Under the pieces are notes generated by a model that worked only from the letters and a program-made list of their open reading frames with translations, was not told the origin of the DNA and searched no databases. Positions 34,261 through 46,927 of a stretch of 64,000 bases of DNA are shown here, piece by piece; positions within the stretch are counted from its first letter, which is position 1; the number at the start of each line of letters is the position of its first letter. The position numbers were made by a program, and so were the translations under genes. The stretch spans positions 2,947,144 through 3,011,143 of the forward strand of contig CAJINV010000011.1 of NCBI GenBank assembly GCA_905178155.1, read 5' to 3'. The DNA is from Amoebophrya sp. A120 (Eukaryota; Protista; Dinoflagellata).

Positions 34261-35255
34261 CTAAGTGGGGACATCCCCATCTGCATCCCCAGCATCATGC
34301 GTCACTTCAAAACTCAGAACACCACCCCCACGACGTCCAAGCTCGGTAAAAGATGACGACGCACTGGCGCTGGTGGAGGTGGACCACTTGCGGTCACTTG
34401 CACTCCTATTTGTTCCACTGGCCGTCGTCGAAGTAGAGTTCTTTCGACTGTACCGAGCACCTCTTTGACTTTGCACTTCCCCTCTATTAGTACCTTCGGC
34501 TGCCCGAGCCCGACTGCTCCTCTGCCGGAATAGCACGTCTGAGGCAATCTGCTTGGGCGATTTCTGATTTTCATGAAGATCACCTTCACCCGGGGCGGTT
34601 CTATTTCCGGTTGCACTTGCAGTAAACAAAACTGCGTCGTCTAGGTTGTTTTTTACGTAGGCAACATCGGAGTTCCGCACGGTCGACGCGACTTGGTCCG
34701 TCCCACTCGTCTTCGTCTCGCACATATTATCGCACAGAAAAAAGTGTTTGATGTTCTTCCCGGCTGCTTACTTTACACACTTTGCAGATGTAGATGATCA
34801 TGCAGAAACACAAGATAGACTTCTTGGCCTGCATGGCAAGAAATGCAAACTACATTTGCGATTATGCGGAGATCCTCAAAAGGGAGCTAGGCTCGAGTAG
34901 AGCCTGTCTGTACACTTTTTGGTTGTTTGCTCTCCTGCGACATATTAAAGTGCCTAGAGAAGAACTGTACTCAACTTACACTTTTTGGCGTTCCTTACAC
35001 ATCACTGTTGGGCCACTCCGTGGTGGCAAACACTTTCCGGAGGTAGCGCTGGTCGACCCACCACATGTCGGTGGGGCTGAACCAGATCAGCCACAAGATT
35101 TTCCCCCGTTTCGCGAGAACTTTCTTCCCCCGCAGCTGCCCCTGCGCAAAGTCGAGAAAAGCGATCCGCGGGTGGTTCCGTGGCAGCCCACACACCGTGA
35201 CCGCGTCTGTATTGACTCGAAAAATGCTGTCATCTGGGTGTCTGGCTCCTGAGTA
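34261..35255 (-). CDS. Possible hypothetical gene (exon fragments)
   Basis: ORFs 34995..35195 and 34261..34725 lie on the gene strand; no recognisable domain. Confidence 0.3.
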
Positions 35256-35628
35256 GAGCTACAGCTGCTTGTGTTGCTCGAGCAGTTTTACTTCGCGTGT
35301 GGCCCACACACAGCAGCTCTAGAGACACTTTTGATGGAAGTGGAACATCATCTTCAAGCCCGACAATTTATACAGCCTCGATTGCGGGACAAGTTCTTTT
35401 GAAATGCACCTATGATTGATCCCGTACATACTTACAAGGATTACATAGTAGAGTCCCTTCTTTCAGTCATAAGAACTGTGCAGCGCCAACCTCTGCTGCC
35501 AACCCAATACATGAGGATGAGGTCATACATTTGTGCGATCTCAAGAAATGCGCAAGAGCAACATCAAGAGATTAATATTGCAACGCCTTCTTTATTCCAG
35601 AGCTGCACCCAGATGAAGACATGTCCAT

Positions 35629-38600
35629 TCACAGGACATACTCCCCTACATTGAACATCTTTGCGCCCGGTCCCCGAGTAATCGCGGCGAACCGCTTTTC
35701 CTTCAGTTCCTTGCGAAATTCGTGCTCTCTTTCCTCGCTGACACAGATCTCTACCGCATCGGGAAATATTTCCAGCAGCCGGGCTCTGGTCGCAGCTTGT
35801 AGATTTTCAACTTTTTCCTGTTCTGTCGTTTTCCTATCCTGCTTCTTCGAAGATCCCGCACGTCGTTCTTGGTCTGCGCTTTCTCGTTCACCTGGACGAT
35901 TATGGCGTTCGCAAATGTTACATTCTCAACTGTTACATGATTTGTCATGCAAAATTCCAATCAGAATCGATGCGATCAAGCTGCTTCGCATGACAAATTT
36001 CCGAAGGGACACACAGGATGAGAAGCTGCGCCAAATCTGTCATGCAACAGGCGCAATCTTCGCCCTTTCAGTTTTGCCATTCTTGCATCACAAATTCATG
36101 TAACAGTTGAGAATGTAACAGTTGAGAACGCCATAACGATGATGATCTACTTCCAGATCTACTTCACTGGTCGACGTGTTACCAGCGTTCTTCGGCGGAA
36201 AGTACCGGGCGATGGCATCCAGTTCGAAAAATCCATAGTGCTCCACAGCGAAGTCGTTGTTTTGTTTCTCGGTCTTTGCCAATTTTGCGTGCAGTCGCAG
36301 TCGCTCCGCCGGCTCCAGCTCGAGAAACGCGGTCGCCAGTGCCGAAATCGCTTCCCGAGCCGTGATGTTTGCCGGCAATTCCGGAAACCGCAACCCAAAA
36401 TGTCCCGGGCTCGACTATCAAAATGAAAAATCCCCCCACCCCATACTCAAACTAGAAATTTGTGATACAGATTTGTGGTCACAAATCAACTTTGTCATGC
36501 TAGAAGGGAAAAGATGCGGACTGTAGTGCTAGTTGGCGTGGGAAAGCCTTGCATCTTCAGCATGACAGGGGGCAGCTGGAATTGGGAAACAGCATGACAA
36601 ATTGCCTGCAAACGAGGCCACAGCTGCGTCTCTTGGCCTTCTAGCATTACAAGTCGATTTGTGTACTCAAATACAGCATCACAAATTTCGTTTTCGATAT
36701 GGGGAGGGGGGATTTTTTCTTTTGATATCGACGGGTGCCCGACGAAAGATTTTAGCGTTCGCCAATAAAATATCAAAGAAAAAAAGTTCGTCACGATCAC
36801 TCATGCGCATTTTCGCAATACAAAATTTTCTGTTATGCGTAAAAATGCATCACAGCCACATTTCATAAGGGATTTCCCTAGTGTTTCTGCAATACAAGGA
36901 CAAGCTGTGATGCTAAAAAAATTTGTAATGCAAAACCTGCTTGTTAATGACTGTGACAAACTTTTTTCTCTCCATATAAAACGCACGCAGGGCGAAAAAG
37001 GATCGGTAATTATTCTTGCTGATCTCCTCATCTTGATCTTGTTCATCCTCATGCTTGCTACCGCGCATTGCAGTTTCAGAGGATGCAGACCTTTTTTGTT
37101 CTTCTTCGTCTCTACTTTGTTCTTCTCCCGTATTTGGGCTGGCCGTGGACACTGCAACATTTTGATGCTTGTTCGTCGTCCCGGCCACGACTGCCTGCTG
37201 CGAAGAGGAAGACGAAGACCGTTGAATACCATTTCGTTCCCTTCCCAGATACGCAGGCATTTCATTCAGCTGGCCCCAACCGGGCACGCCTTGAATCGCC
37301 CACTTGGATATTTTCAGTAAACAGGTGCCCTGCCACTCATTCAGATCCACCGTGCACCACCCGCCGTCGAAGTCTGCGTTGTAGGGCGGCGGGCGACGCG
37401 CGGTGTTTGTAATACCCTGTTGAGTGCTGGCAACATGCTCATGAGCGCCGGGCATGATACCGCTGCTCTTCCTTTGGTCCACCTCCGGAGCAGCTGTTTG
37501 CCTTTGCAGCTCCGCCACCGGATCGTTCTTGCAATTGGACTTCACCACAGTTTTGAGCAAGAGCGGGTGGGTCGCCTGCTCCACGAGTGAGGAGATGCTG
37601 GCAAGAGCCTCCGGAGCCAGTTTTGTCTCCTTCTTCAACTTCATGACGGCTCGGGCGCTCGACGGCATATAGAAGCTCTTTGTTTCGGCTACAACAACAT
37701 TACGACCACTTCTATTCGCAGCCTCATGGTTGTCTTTGTCTTGCGCCGAATCATAGTCGGGCCAAATTTCGGCCGACTGGTGATCTGCGGGCTCCGCGCC
37801 GGCCCAGGAGGCTGCAAGGCCCACGTCGCCGGCGCTGTCGAACGACGAGAGTGTTGATGTTGACCCTGTTGCGTCAACACCCTCCTCATCTTCCGCATGG
37901 CCGTTTTCGAAGCGCCACGCGTCGTAGTTGATGAAACTGAGCGGGCCTATGGATTGCAAAAATGTCTGGGTCTGGAGCTGGACACTTGTAATGCTGCGTT
38001 GGGAATAATGAATGCTGATGCTCTGTAATGCACAGCCAAGCATGAGAAATATCTGCGCTTCTTTGTGTCGCGTTTTTCGCATGACAAACTGCGTTTTTGC
38101 ATGACAGGCGAAAGGGTCTCTTCTTGGATACGCATCGCAAGCTTTTTGGTCATGCCAGACAAGCATGACAAATCTCGCAATCTTCCAGACCCAGACATTT
38201 TTACATTTGATAGGGCCGTGCGTGTCGCGAAAGTGCTGCATCTCCTCCACGGTAAAGGTGTTTTCCTTGGCCACACTCGCCACCCCGGTCATGGCTTTGG
38301 TGGCCTGCACCAGAATCGAGAAGGGCGTGAACCGGCACAAATGCAGTGCAAAAGTATCGTACAAATTGTAATTGCGTTTACGCATTACAAATCTTTTTCT
38401 TAAAGGCAAATCCGCAGTACAAATTCAATTTGTAATGCTATGTCAATCTCAATATCAATTTGTAATGCAATTTTTACTAGTACGATACTTTTGCGATGCA
38501 TACCACGTCCACACGGACAACGCCGGCACCGCGGCCCCGGAGAAGCATATTCTGCGGAAAAATCCCAGCTCCCCATAACGAAAAGAAAATTTGTAATGCT

Positions 38601-40563
38601 AGGATCGCGCACACATGTTGATTTGTATTGCTAGAAGGCCAAAAGACGCCGCTGCGGCCTCGCTTGCAGGCAATTTGTGATGCTGTTCCCCGCTTCGAGT
38701 TGCTTCCTGTCATGCTGAAGGCGCAGCAAGGCTTTCCCACGCCAGCCAGCACCACAGGCTCTGCTCAGAACCTCTTCTGTTCTAGCATGACAACGTGATT
38801 TGTAATCACAAATCATGCTACACAAATCTCCGCTTGAGTACTCAAGGGCGGGAGGGGTGATTTTTCACTGGAATAAAGCTGCTGAGGCCCCCGATCCACT
38901 CGTTCACGCTCTTCGCCCCGTCCACCGTCGTCTCTAAGGAGTCACCGGAGGTGATGTCCTCGGCTGCGGCGTGGAGCAGCTCGGTCGGCGACTGCATGTA
39001 GAACAGCTTCAGCATGAAGCTCGCCAGCACCCCGCCCGCGGCGGTGAGCGCCCCGACGCCCAGCGCCCCGCCAAGATACTTCATCACGTCGATCGCCGCG
39101 GCGGCCAGAAGCATGAACTTCGTCGTGCGTCCCACCACGTAGAGGAAATCAATTCGCTCCGGCGTGCGCTCCGTCTCGGTGGAAACCCCGGCGGCTTTGC
39201 TAACCATTTTTGCGAGGTCCAAGAACTTCTGCATTTCGGTCTTCGGCGCAAGATCTTCACCACCAGGCTTTGCACTTTCTGTTTTTGATGCTTTCGCCGA
39301 AGAAGCGGATGAAGCCACTGAAATGCCGATGCTCTGCCGGCGTTCGTGGCCGTTTTTGTGTGTAAAAACTCTCAGTTGATGTTGCAGCTTCCTTTCGTCA
39401 AGAAAAGACGCCGGCCGCGCTTGACCCACAGAAGTCCCGGCACGAGGACTACTGGAATAATCATCAGTCACTTCATTCCCAACATCTTCTGTTTTGTTAG
39501 CCGAAGTTCTTGTACTTTTTGCTGCTCCACCTCTCCCCTCCGGCGCGGGTCCTCCCTCCTGGTTGTAGTGCAGAGTCGTTAGGACGTGAAGGAAAGTTTG
39601 TGTATGGTTGACAGTTGCTCGCCCGAAGTCCGCCCACTCCTGGGCCCCGGTCAGTGCGTGAAGCAGCTCCTGATGGATCACGGCCTGAATCTTGGACACT
39701 TTGTTGTCGCCGCTGACCCCCTGCTCCGGCGGGTCGTCCACTTCAGTTTCTTCGTCGGAAATGAGCTTTTTGAAACTCGGCGGCGCGCTCTCGTGGATAC
39801 GCAGGATCATGGTCACGAAGCCGTCCAACACGGCGGCGATGTGTGGTCCTCGCGGGTTCACGAGGAGGAGGAGCGCCTGGAACAGATTCCCGGCGGACTC
39901 GACACCGAGCAAATGCCTCAAATCGCGCGATTCAAAGAACTTCCGCCCGTCCTGCCACGCCGAATTGACCACGGTTAACATTTTTTCGTTGCTGACAACG
40001 AGCCCAGATTGCAGGTGCACCACGGCGGACACGGTGGTATTCTTAACCGCGGATGCAGTCTTGTTTATCGCGTCGCTAACAGCGTGTGTCGCGGATTGGG
40101 CGGCTTGTGTGGCGGCATGGGTGGCGCTGGTCACGGTGTCGGTGGCCGTGCTCACGGCACTGCCGACCGACTTTTTGGTATCGGTCACCGCCCCCGTCAC
40201 GCGGTCTTTCGCCCGGGCAAACGCGTTTCCAAAAAAGTTCTTCATCCGGCTTGTCGCATTCCAAAATTGGTCCTTCATCCGCTGCCATCGCGGCCAAGCC
40301 GCACTTGTTGTGGTCTGCACCAGTTCTTTTTCGCGAGTTTGGTTCTTCATTTGTTCCCCCTCATGTTCTTCGACGGCTGTGGAGGCCTGCTGCTGCCTCT
40401 TGTCCTTGTCGTGCTCCAGGTTATTTTCACTGTGTCGTCGTGTACTATGTTCCACCTCCAAACTTCGAGCGCAGGGAGGAACGTTCAGGAAAATGAAGCA
40501 ACAGAAACCCAGAAATGTCGGAAGTCGACCCAGCGCCATCCAATTTCGGTTTCGAGACGCCAT
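35629..40563 (-). CDS. Hypothetical secreted/membrane protein (7 exons)
   Basis: Signal-like FLGFCCFIFLNVPPCARS; hydrophobic LGGALGVGALTAAGGVLASF; six introners each restore the frame through to TGA at ~35629. Confidence 0.75.
35901..36135. mobile_element. Introner family A
   Basis: TIRs; DR acgat. Confidence 0.92.
36416..36727. mobile_element. Introner family B
   Basis: TIRs; DR tcgac. Confidence 0.92.
36771..36976. mobile_element. Introner family E-like
   Basis: TAT..GAAAAAAG TIR; DR taaaa; join RAFY-WRTL. Confidence 0.88.
37948..38212. mobile_element. Introner family C
   Basis: TIRs; DR gggcc. Confidence 0.9.
38340..38502. mobile_element. Introner family G
   Basis: TIR ATGCA..GCAAAAGTATCGTAC; DR gcaca/ccacg (2 mismatches); frame restored. 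Confidence 0.8.
38548..38875. mobile_element. Introner family B
   Basis: TIRs; DR aagca/aagct; join LSSF-SGAA. Confidence 0.88.
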
Positions 40564-41650
40564 CCTGATAAAAGTTGCACTTAGGAGAAAAGAGAGCGGT
40601 TCGAATAAATTATTTGCGCTTCTAGTAACAAATACACGGAACCAGGACGAGGAGTTGTAGGCACAGAAAAAATATATAAATTTATCGATTTTGCAGCTCT
40701 TGTCTAGCTTTCAACTACTACTCCATGTGAATCTCAATCTTTCATGCTTAGCGCTTTTCTGTTGCTTGATCGATGAGTCACCGACACGGTCCAGAAACTC
40801 TAATTTCTGCAGGGATAGCGATGAGTCAGTGAGTGATATGAAGAAGGCGCCCCACGAAGCTTTTTTTATGATGTGTAGAGGTCGCGCCACGCCAACTGCC
40901 CCGGGCCATCGGCAAATTCTTCTTCAGAACGACCTTCTTTTTCTTACCCCCGACGACATGAAGATGAACCTTTACAAGTACGACGATAGCCCACGATAAT
41001 ACCAGATGCGAGCATTTCATCGCGACTTTGGACGAAAGAGAACAGATGGAACCTGAAAATATCTCCATACGATACTTAGGCCTGCGATTGCCCAAGAACT
41101 TCAGCACACGGCTATGCTTGTTCTAGTTTGCAGCGCTAGTCTGATTTTCTGTCACATATGGCTGAAAAAACAAACTGTCGTGAAAGTGTCCTTCTCTTTT
41201 TCATCGTTTGTGCCACGTGCTGCTTTCAGTGCAGCACTTTTGTGAGACCACACGAGAGCGGTCGTCTCGTTGCAGATCCATGCCTAGAATAGGCTTCGTG
41301 GATCATGCCTTAGCGCTAACATACATTTGACGAGGACAGCATTTCTATGACGTACAGACGCAAGTAGGAAAATCTTCTGGGTAGGACAGGACGAAGGCAT
41401 TTTAAAAGTTGTCCTAAAATCCATTCAAATGCTTCTTCATTGGCACAGTAGATGAGGCACGGGCAGCACCATTCGAATCGTACTTCGGGAAAATAGTTAG
41501 GGAAGCTGAAATAAAGAACATTAAGATCTTCTTTCATGTCGTCGACAGATGGGAGTTTGTTTATCTTTAATCTCGTCCAGCATCGGTTATTTCATAGTCC
41601 TCGACAAGAAAGATAGAAATCTGTCATTGTACGCAAATCACGATTAAAAA

Positions 41651-44479
41651 TTATGAGATGAAACTGCTGGTCACCACGGACCGGTCCTGCGGGGGCACCC
41701 ACTTTTGCGTGATTTTCTTCCTTTGCGTGAAGAATTCCATGCAGCCCTCACCGGTGACGTCCGAACTCCCAAAGTTGCTCTTGTTCATGCCCCCGAAGGA
41801 AAATGGCTCGCGCGGCACCGGTACGCCGATGTTTACACCCAGCATCGCGGCGGAAAACCGTTTCAAAAAGTAATCCGAGTGCTGGCCGATGGAGGTGTAG
41901 ATGCAGGCGGCGTTGCCGTAGGGGTTGGCGTTTTCGATGGCAATGGCCTCGTCGAAGGTCGCAACTTGCACGATAGACAATACCGGGCCGAAGATTTCCT
42001 CCTTCACGGCGGCATCCTCCGCGGAACTGTGCAATAAGACGGTCGGGCCGACCCAAAACCTGATTTTTTTTTGGCACGTGATTAAACTAAAAAACGCGGG
42101 GGGGGGGGGAAAGTCGAGTAGTTGTAGACCCCCGCCAAGACAAATGGCTATCCTAAAGATACTGGTGCGGACGCAGCCGATGCTGGTGCAGCCCAAAAGC
42201 AAAAGCACGATTAAAGCGTGGCCAAATAAATCAAGACTACTTTTCAATCTGCAGATAATTACCCTTGTTTCTCCTGCCAGCTGCGGCCGTCTACGAGCAC
42301 CTTGGCTCCGTCCCGAGACTCTGCTTCGTTAATGTATCGCAGAATCTTGTCCTTGCTCAACTGATCGATCACGGGACCGATTTCCCCTGTTTCCTGTCCG
42401 GCTTTCAATGCCTGTACATTTATTTTTTTTCGTAATAATTCTGTTCGTATTTTTGATGAAGTCTGTCTGCAACAACTAGTAACTCAAAGTCAAACTCCTT
42501 ACACCCTGTTATACAACACATGAAAACATTTTTGAACGCAAAACAAGAGATCCAAACCCATGTTGAGGGTGTCACAAAAACATCACGGAAAAAATCATGA
42601 CAACCAGATCTACTTTATACCGAGGCTTTTTGGACGAGCAGTTCCAAAAATTTTGGTTGCACATCCCCGACCATGATCAGCACTGACGCTGCCATACACC
42701 TCTGTCCCGTCGAGCCGGCGAAGGAATTCATAATGTCCGAGGTGCCTGTTGTTCACTGATGTGAGATAAATCCTCGCGATCATCTGCCAAGCACACCATG
42801 AAAAAAGGGACATCAACGACCAGCAACTTCAGGCCTTCTTCTTTTTCTCAGCAGGTGCAGCTGCCCGTACAAGGAGTTAGTATGTCAGGGGGAGAACAGA
42901 CAAAGGCAACTCAACGTCAATCCAAAAAATTTAAGTACACATATCATAGTCCGCGTCCGGTAGCACACACAGGTGGTTCTTCGCTCCGCCCAGACACAGG
43001 GCCCGCTTCCCGAGGCAGGTGGCCCGCTCCTGAATGAGTTTGGCAACGTGGGATGTGCCGACAAACGTGACAGCTTTCACGTCGGGGTTTTCCATTAACG
43101 CGTCCACGGTCGGCTTGGTGCCGTTTACCGTCTGGAAAATACCATCGGGAATGCCGGCCTTCTTCATTAGACCGGCAATGTACGTCATTGTGAGGGGAAC
43201 CTGAAGCAAACATTTTATCTCTTCATGTTGCAAGGCACAGCACTATACATCCTAGTACTGCTTAAAATCCTCTCTCTTTTTTCGAAAGACCATAGTACTA
43301 AATTGATAACATAGGTATTACCACAAGAGGAACTACAGTCAACAATTCAAAGAGCCAGCAAAGAGCAAAAATCACAGCCCAGAACACCTTCTCACCTTCT
43401 CACTGGGCTTCAGTATGACCGCGTTTCCGCAGCCGATAGCGATCGGCACCGTCCAGAACGGCACCATGACCGGGAAATTGAAGGGCACGATGCTGCACAC
43501 CACCCCCAACGGGTCGCGCTGATCGCGGCAGGTGATGCCCCGCGATACCTCCAGATACCGACCGCAAATCAGCTGCGGTAAGGAGGTGGCCCACTCCAGG
43601 GTCTCGATACCTAGGGAAAAGAATTTACCACAATTTTTGCATGTACTTAAGTGCGATTTAGTATTCAGACCTCTTGTTCCAAAATACATTTTGACATTAG
43701 CGATCAGGGCCTTCTAGCGATACTAGGCCTACAGGCGATAAAAAAGCCGTTCTGTACAATGTACAGAACGGCTTTTTTATCGCCTGTAGGCCTAGTATCG
43801 CTAGAAGGCCCTGATCGCTAATGTCAAAATGTATTTTGGTTTTCGACCTGCTTCAGAAGAACCGGCCTTCCGTCAACTTCTCATCGACTCATGCTGCACA
43901 GGAGGTGGAGCTCCTGATCCTAAAAATGACCCCTGTACTTATACTTTTATTTGTTCTTCGTATCATCTTCATAAGTGCTACCCTTCATCAAACTGGCCAT
44001 CGCTTCTGCTTTGTTCTTCCCGTGTTCCTGTTTAACCAGTTCCACAATGTCGTTGGCATTTTCCTCCATCAAGTACTATCCCAGAGAAAAAAGCTGGCAG
44101 GGCATATTTGTAATGCAAAAATAAATACACGCAAAAATTTGTCATGGGTGGCCCCCTAGCATGCTGCTTCGGATATGCAATGCAGATTTTTTTGCGTATT
44201 CATTTTCGCATTACAAATATGCCCTGCCAGCTTTTTTGTGTGTGATAAGTGCTTGAGCTTGAACAGCGCCTGCACTCGCGTCTTCACTGTCAAACTGCCC
44301 CATTTTACCTGCGCTTTCTTCGCGATCGCCACGGCCTCGTCCACCCCAGCCTTGGAAGTCACCGGCACGACGGCAATCACCTGCGCAGTTGCGGGGTCCG
44401 TCACCTCGACGGTATCCACCGGGTCGGCAACGGCGACGTACTCGCCGTTGATGAAGTTCTCCACCTGTTTGATCTGCAT
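41651..44479 (-). CDS. ALDH6A1: Methylmalonate-semialdehyde dehydrogenase (CoA-acylating)
   Basis: NFINGE, EHGK, PLGVVCSIVPFNFP, LKPSEKVP, FVGTS, LGGAKNH, GQRCMA, EEIFGPVL, NPYGN, GVNIGVPVP; five GT-AG introns plus one introner. Confidence 0.95.
43679..43839. repeat. Perfect 161-bp palindrome (80-bp arms, 1-nt spacer) inside GT-AG intron 43611-43981
   Basis: Arms 43679-43758 and 43760-43839 are exact reverse complements. Confidence 0.95.
44077..44247. mobile_element. Introner (singleton, ~65-bp TIR)
   Basis: TATC..AAAAAAGCTGGCAGGGCATATTTGTAATGC; DR agtac/agtgc; join KLKH-LMEEN. Confidence 0.92.
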
Positions 44480-46927
44480 CTTCTTGAAGCGCTGCCAAGA
44501 AGGGGAGTGGCTGCTGCTGGAGTTGTAGGAGTGGAAAAGGGAAAGGCACAGTGCTGGATTCTGTATATAGATACCTTGGAAGCAGCCAATGCCAACGATA
44601 ATAATCTTACAGCGTAATCAAACTTAGTCAGTTATCGAGAACAAAATTCGTTGGTAGTTCGTACTACGGTTTGGTCGGAGGTTTCAATACTATTATTATT
44701 AACTGGCGGGTCGTGGATCGGTTGAGAAAGAATATTCCAAAACCGGACCTTTTTGTTTTTCGCCGGGTTTTGATCAATCAAAAACTAATTCGGATAGTTC
44801 AAGTTTATTTGTCGCAAGAATCTGTAAGGTGCGATGCTTATTGTTCACCGAGATCGACGTCAACATCTGCAGACCGTTTTTTAGCGCTCGCAAAACTTCC
44901 GGTCCAACAGAAGATGAACAATAGCACCAAACCAATGCCTAAGATCACCATGCGGCTGTAGATCGTCGTGACTTTTTTATCGCAAAGACAAAGCAACATC
45001 TATATCGAAAGAAAATCAAAAAAGCGCCGCCACTTCTAGCTCATGCTACGGGGTATGTAGATTTTTGATACACATGAGGACTTTGATTGTTGATCACACG
45101 CGATAAAAATACCGAAAGAACGGAAACGAATGAATCGAATGATCCAGGTGTAAATTACACTAGTGCTTAGTATTAGTTCACCTAGCGCATGCACGGTTCG
45201 CGAGCGCTGCCGCAGCTTGGGGAAGGGGTCCAGTTGTCCTGATCATCCGAAAGAAAGAATCGTGAAACGCGATCCAAAAAGTACAACCTCTTGCGCTGCA
45301 ATCTTGATCATGGTAGAGCTATCAAATTATATTACCCCTATGTATTATTCACAACAACTACTCGAGGACAGCTGCTAACTTCGCACCAGACTGCCGATGG
45401 AACACAAAATCTACATCCGAGTTATGTGCGTGTGAAAGTCTCGAAGCTTTTACGTGGCAGGTTTTTGTTTTAGGTTCCGATGGAGAATATTTTGTAGCTC
45501 TTGTTCGTCATGTACTCACACGTCGTGTCAAGTGAAGTTGTACCCAAAAAATATCATATTTATCGTACTAGCAGGTTGCACAGGCAAAACTAGTACGGTA
45601 GGCGGTTGTCGAGCCAAAAAATGAAAATGAATCTTCCGGCTCGACATAAGTAAGTAACTCACTTCAACTGGAGTTTGGTAATTCATAAGCAACAGCACTG
45701 GCCGCAAGCAGGGCGCAATAACTTTTTTTGCTAAAAATTAAATCACAAAAACCCTTGCACGAAAATCAATCAACCGGTCGTGGCTCACATAAAGGACCAG
45801 AATTAAATGAAATTGAATTCATTGTAAGTGCGATTTAAGCTCAGAATTAGGCCAGTCACTACAACGCCGTCCTTTGACAGCGCGCAGAGCTGATGCTGCA
45901 GCAGCGAATCCTAGTAGACCACTAGGTGTAGTTCTACTAGTTGTGGTTTTGCAATAGAAATGCAGAATTTTCAAAAGCTCTAGAGATTTTTGCAGGAGCA
46001 GTGCGCGTGACAGGCTGCGTTCATCCTGCACGAGCTACTGGCTTTTCTCTAAAAAAAAAGAAATACAAGTAGAGGAAAGAATTGAAATGCAAATAGACAT
46101 CTGACCAGCGCAAGTAAAAATTGAAGAAAAACCGAGTACCTGTATTTGGTATTTAGATTTACCAATACCAATAAACTGTCAGCCTTTTTGCCATCGTTCT
46201 TCGGGCATGTAGTCAGTACACAGCGTCTAATTTCCACAAAAGCCGCAGAAAAAAAGCGCAGAGCAGAAGACACATCGACTGATGTAGCCACGCACCGCAT
46301 ACAAGAGTACTACGCAAATGGCGACAACATGATTTAGGTGCGAGTCCTACTTGTATGCAGCGGCGGCAAGAGCGCTAGTGACTATTTCCGATCCAGGAGT
46401 GCAATAAAAAATGCACATTGCTGCGGGTCCGCGCTCACCGGTTAAAGCTGACGCTTGAATTGTAAAGGTGTGTAGCTGTAGCTAGCACAACGTCATAACA
46501 TATTTACGCGAACGGTTTTAAAAACGTCGTGGTCAGCAACTGCACAAACAACTGGGTTCTTCAACTTAAAGGTTGCACACTGAGAAATAAAATCCTTCAA
46601 CTGCACTCCATCGTTTACGAAGATCTAGACCTCACTGAATAAATTACATCTCACTGAAATTGTCGTCCCCCAGCGCCTGGTGCGGCTTTGCCGCTTTTTT
46701 CCGCCTTCAGAGTTTCAGCGGCGGGCTTGCGGCGGGAGGCAGTAGAAGAAGTGTACTTGCTTTTGTAACTTCCATACTCGTCCCACGACTGGTCTTGCGA
46801 TGGCCGTCGGGGCTTCCCAGAACTACCGTGGTACGGATGCCCGGCGTGGCCTGTGATAGTGATTTTGTCGATTAATTATACATAGCACATGAAAAAGGAC
46901 ACGTAAATCGATTTTACACAACCACTT

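Noticed and set aside
40826-41537. Small gene between MMSDH and the secreted protein
   Set aside because: Two short ORFs with no motif or verifiable junction.
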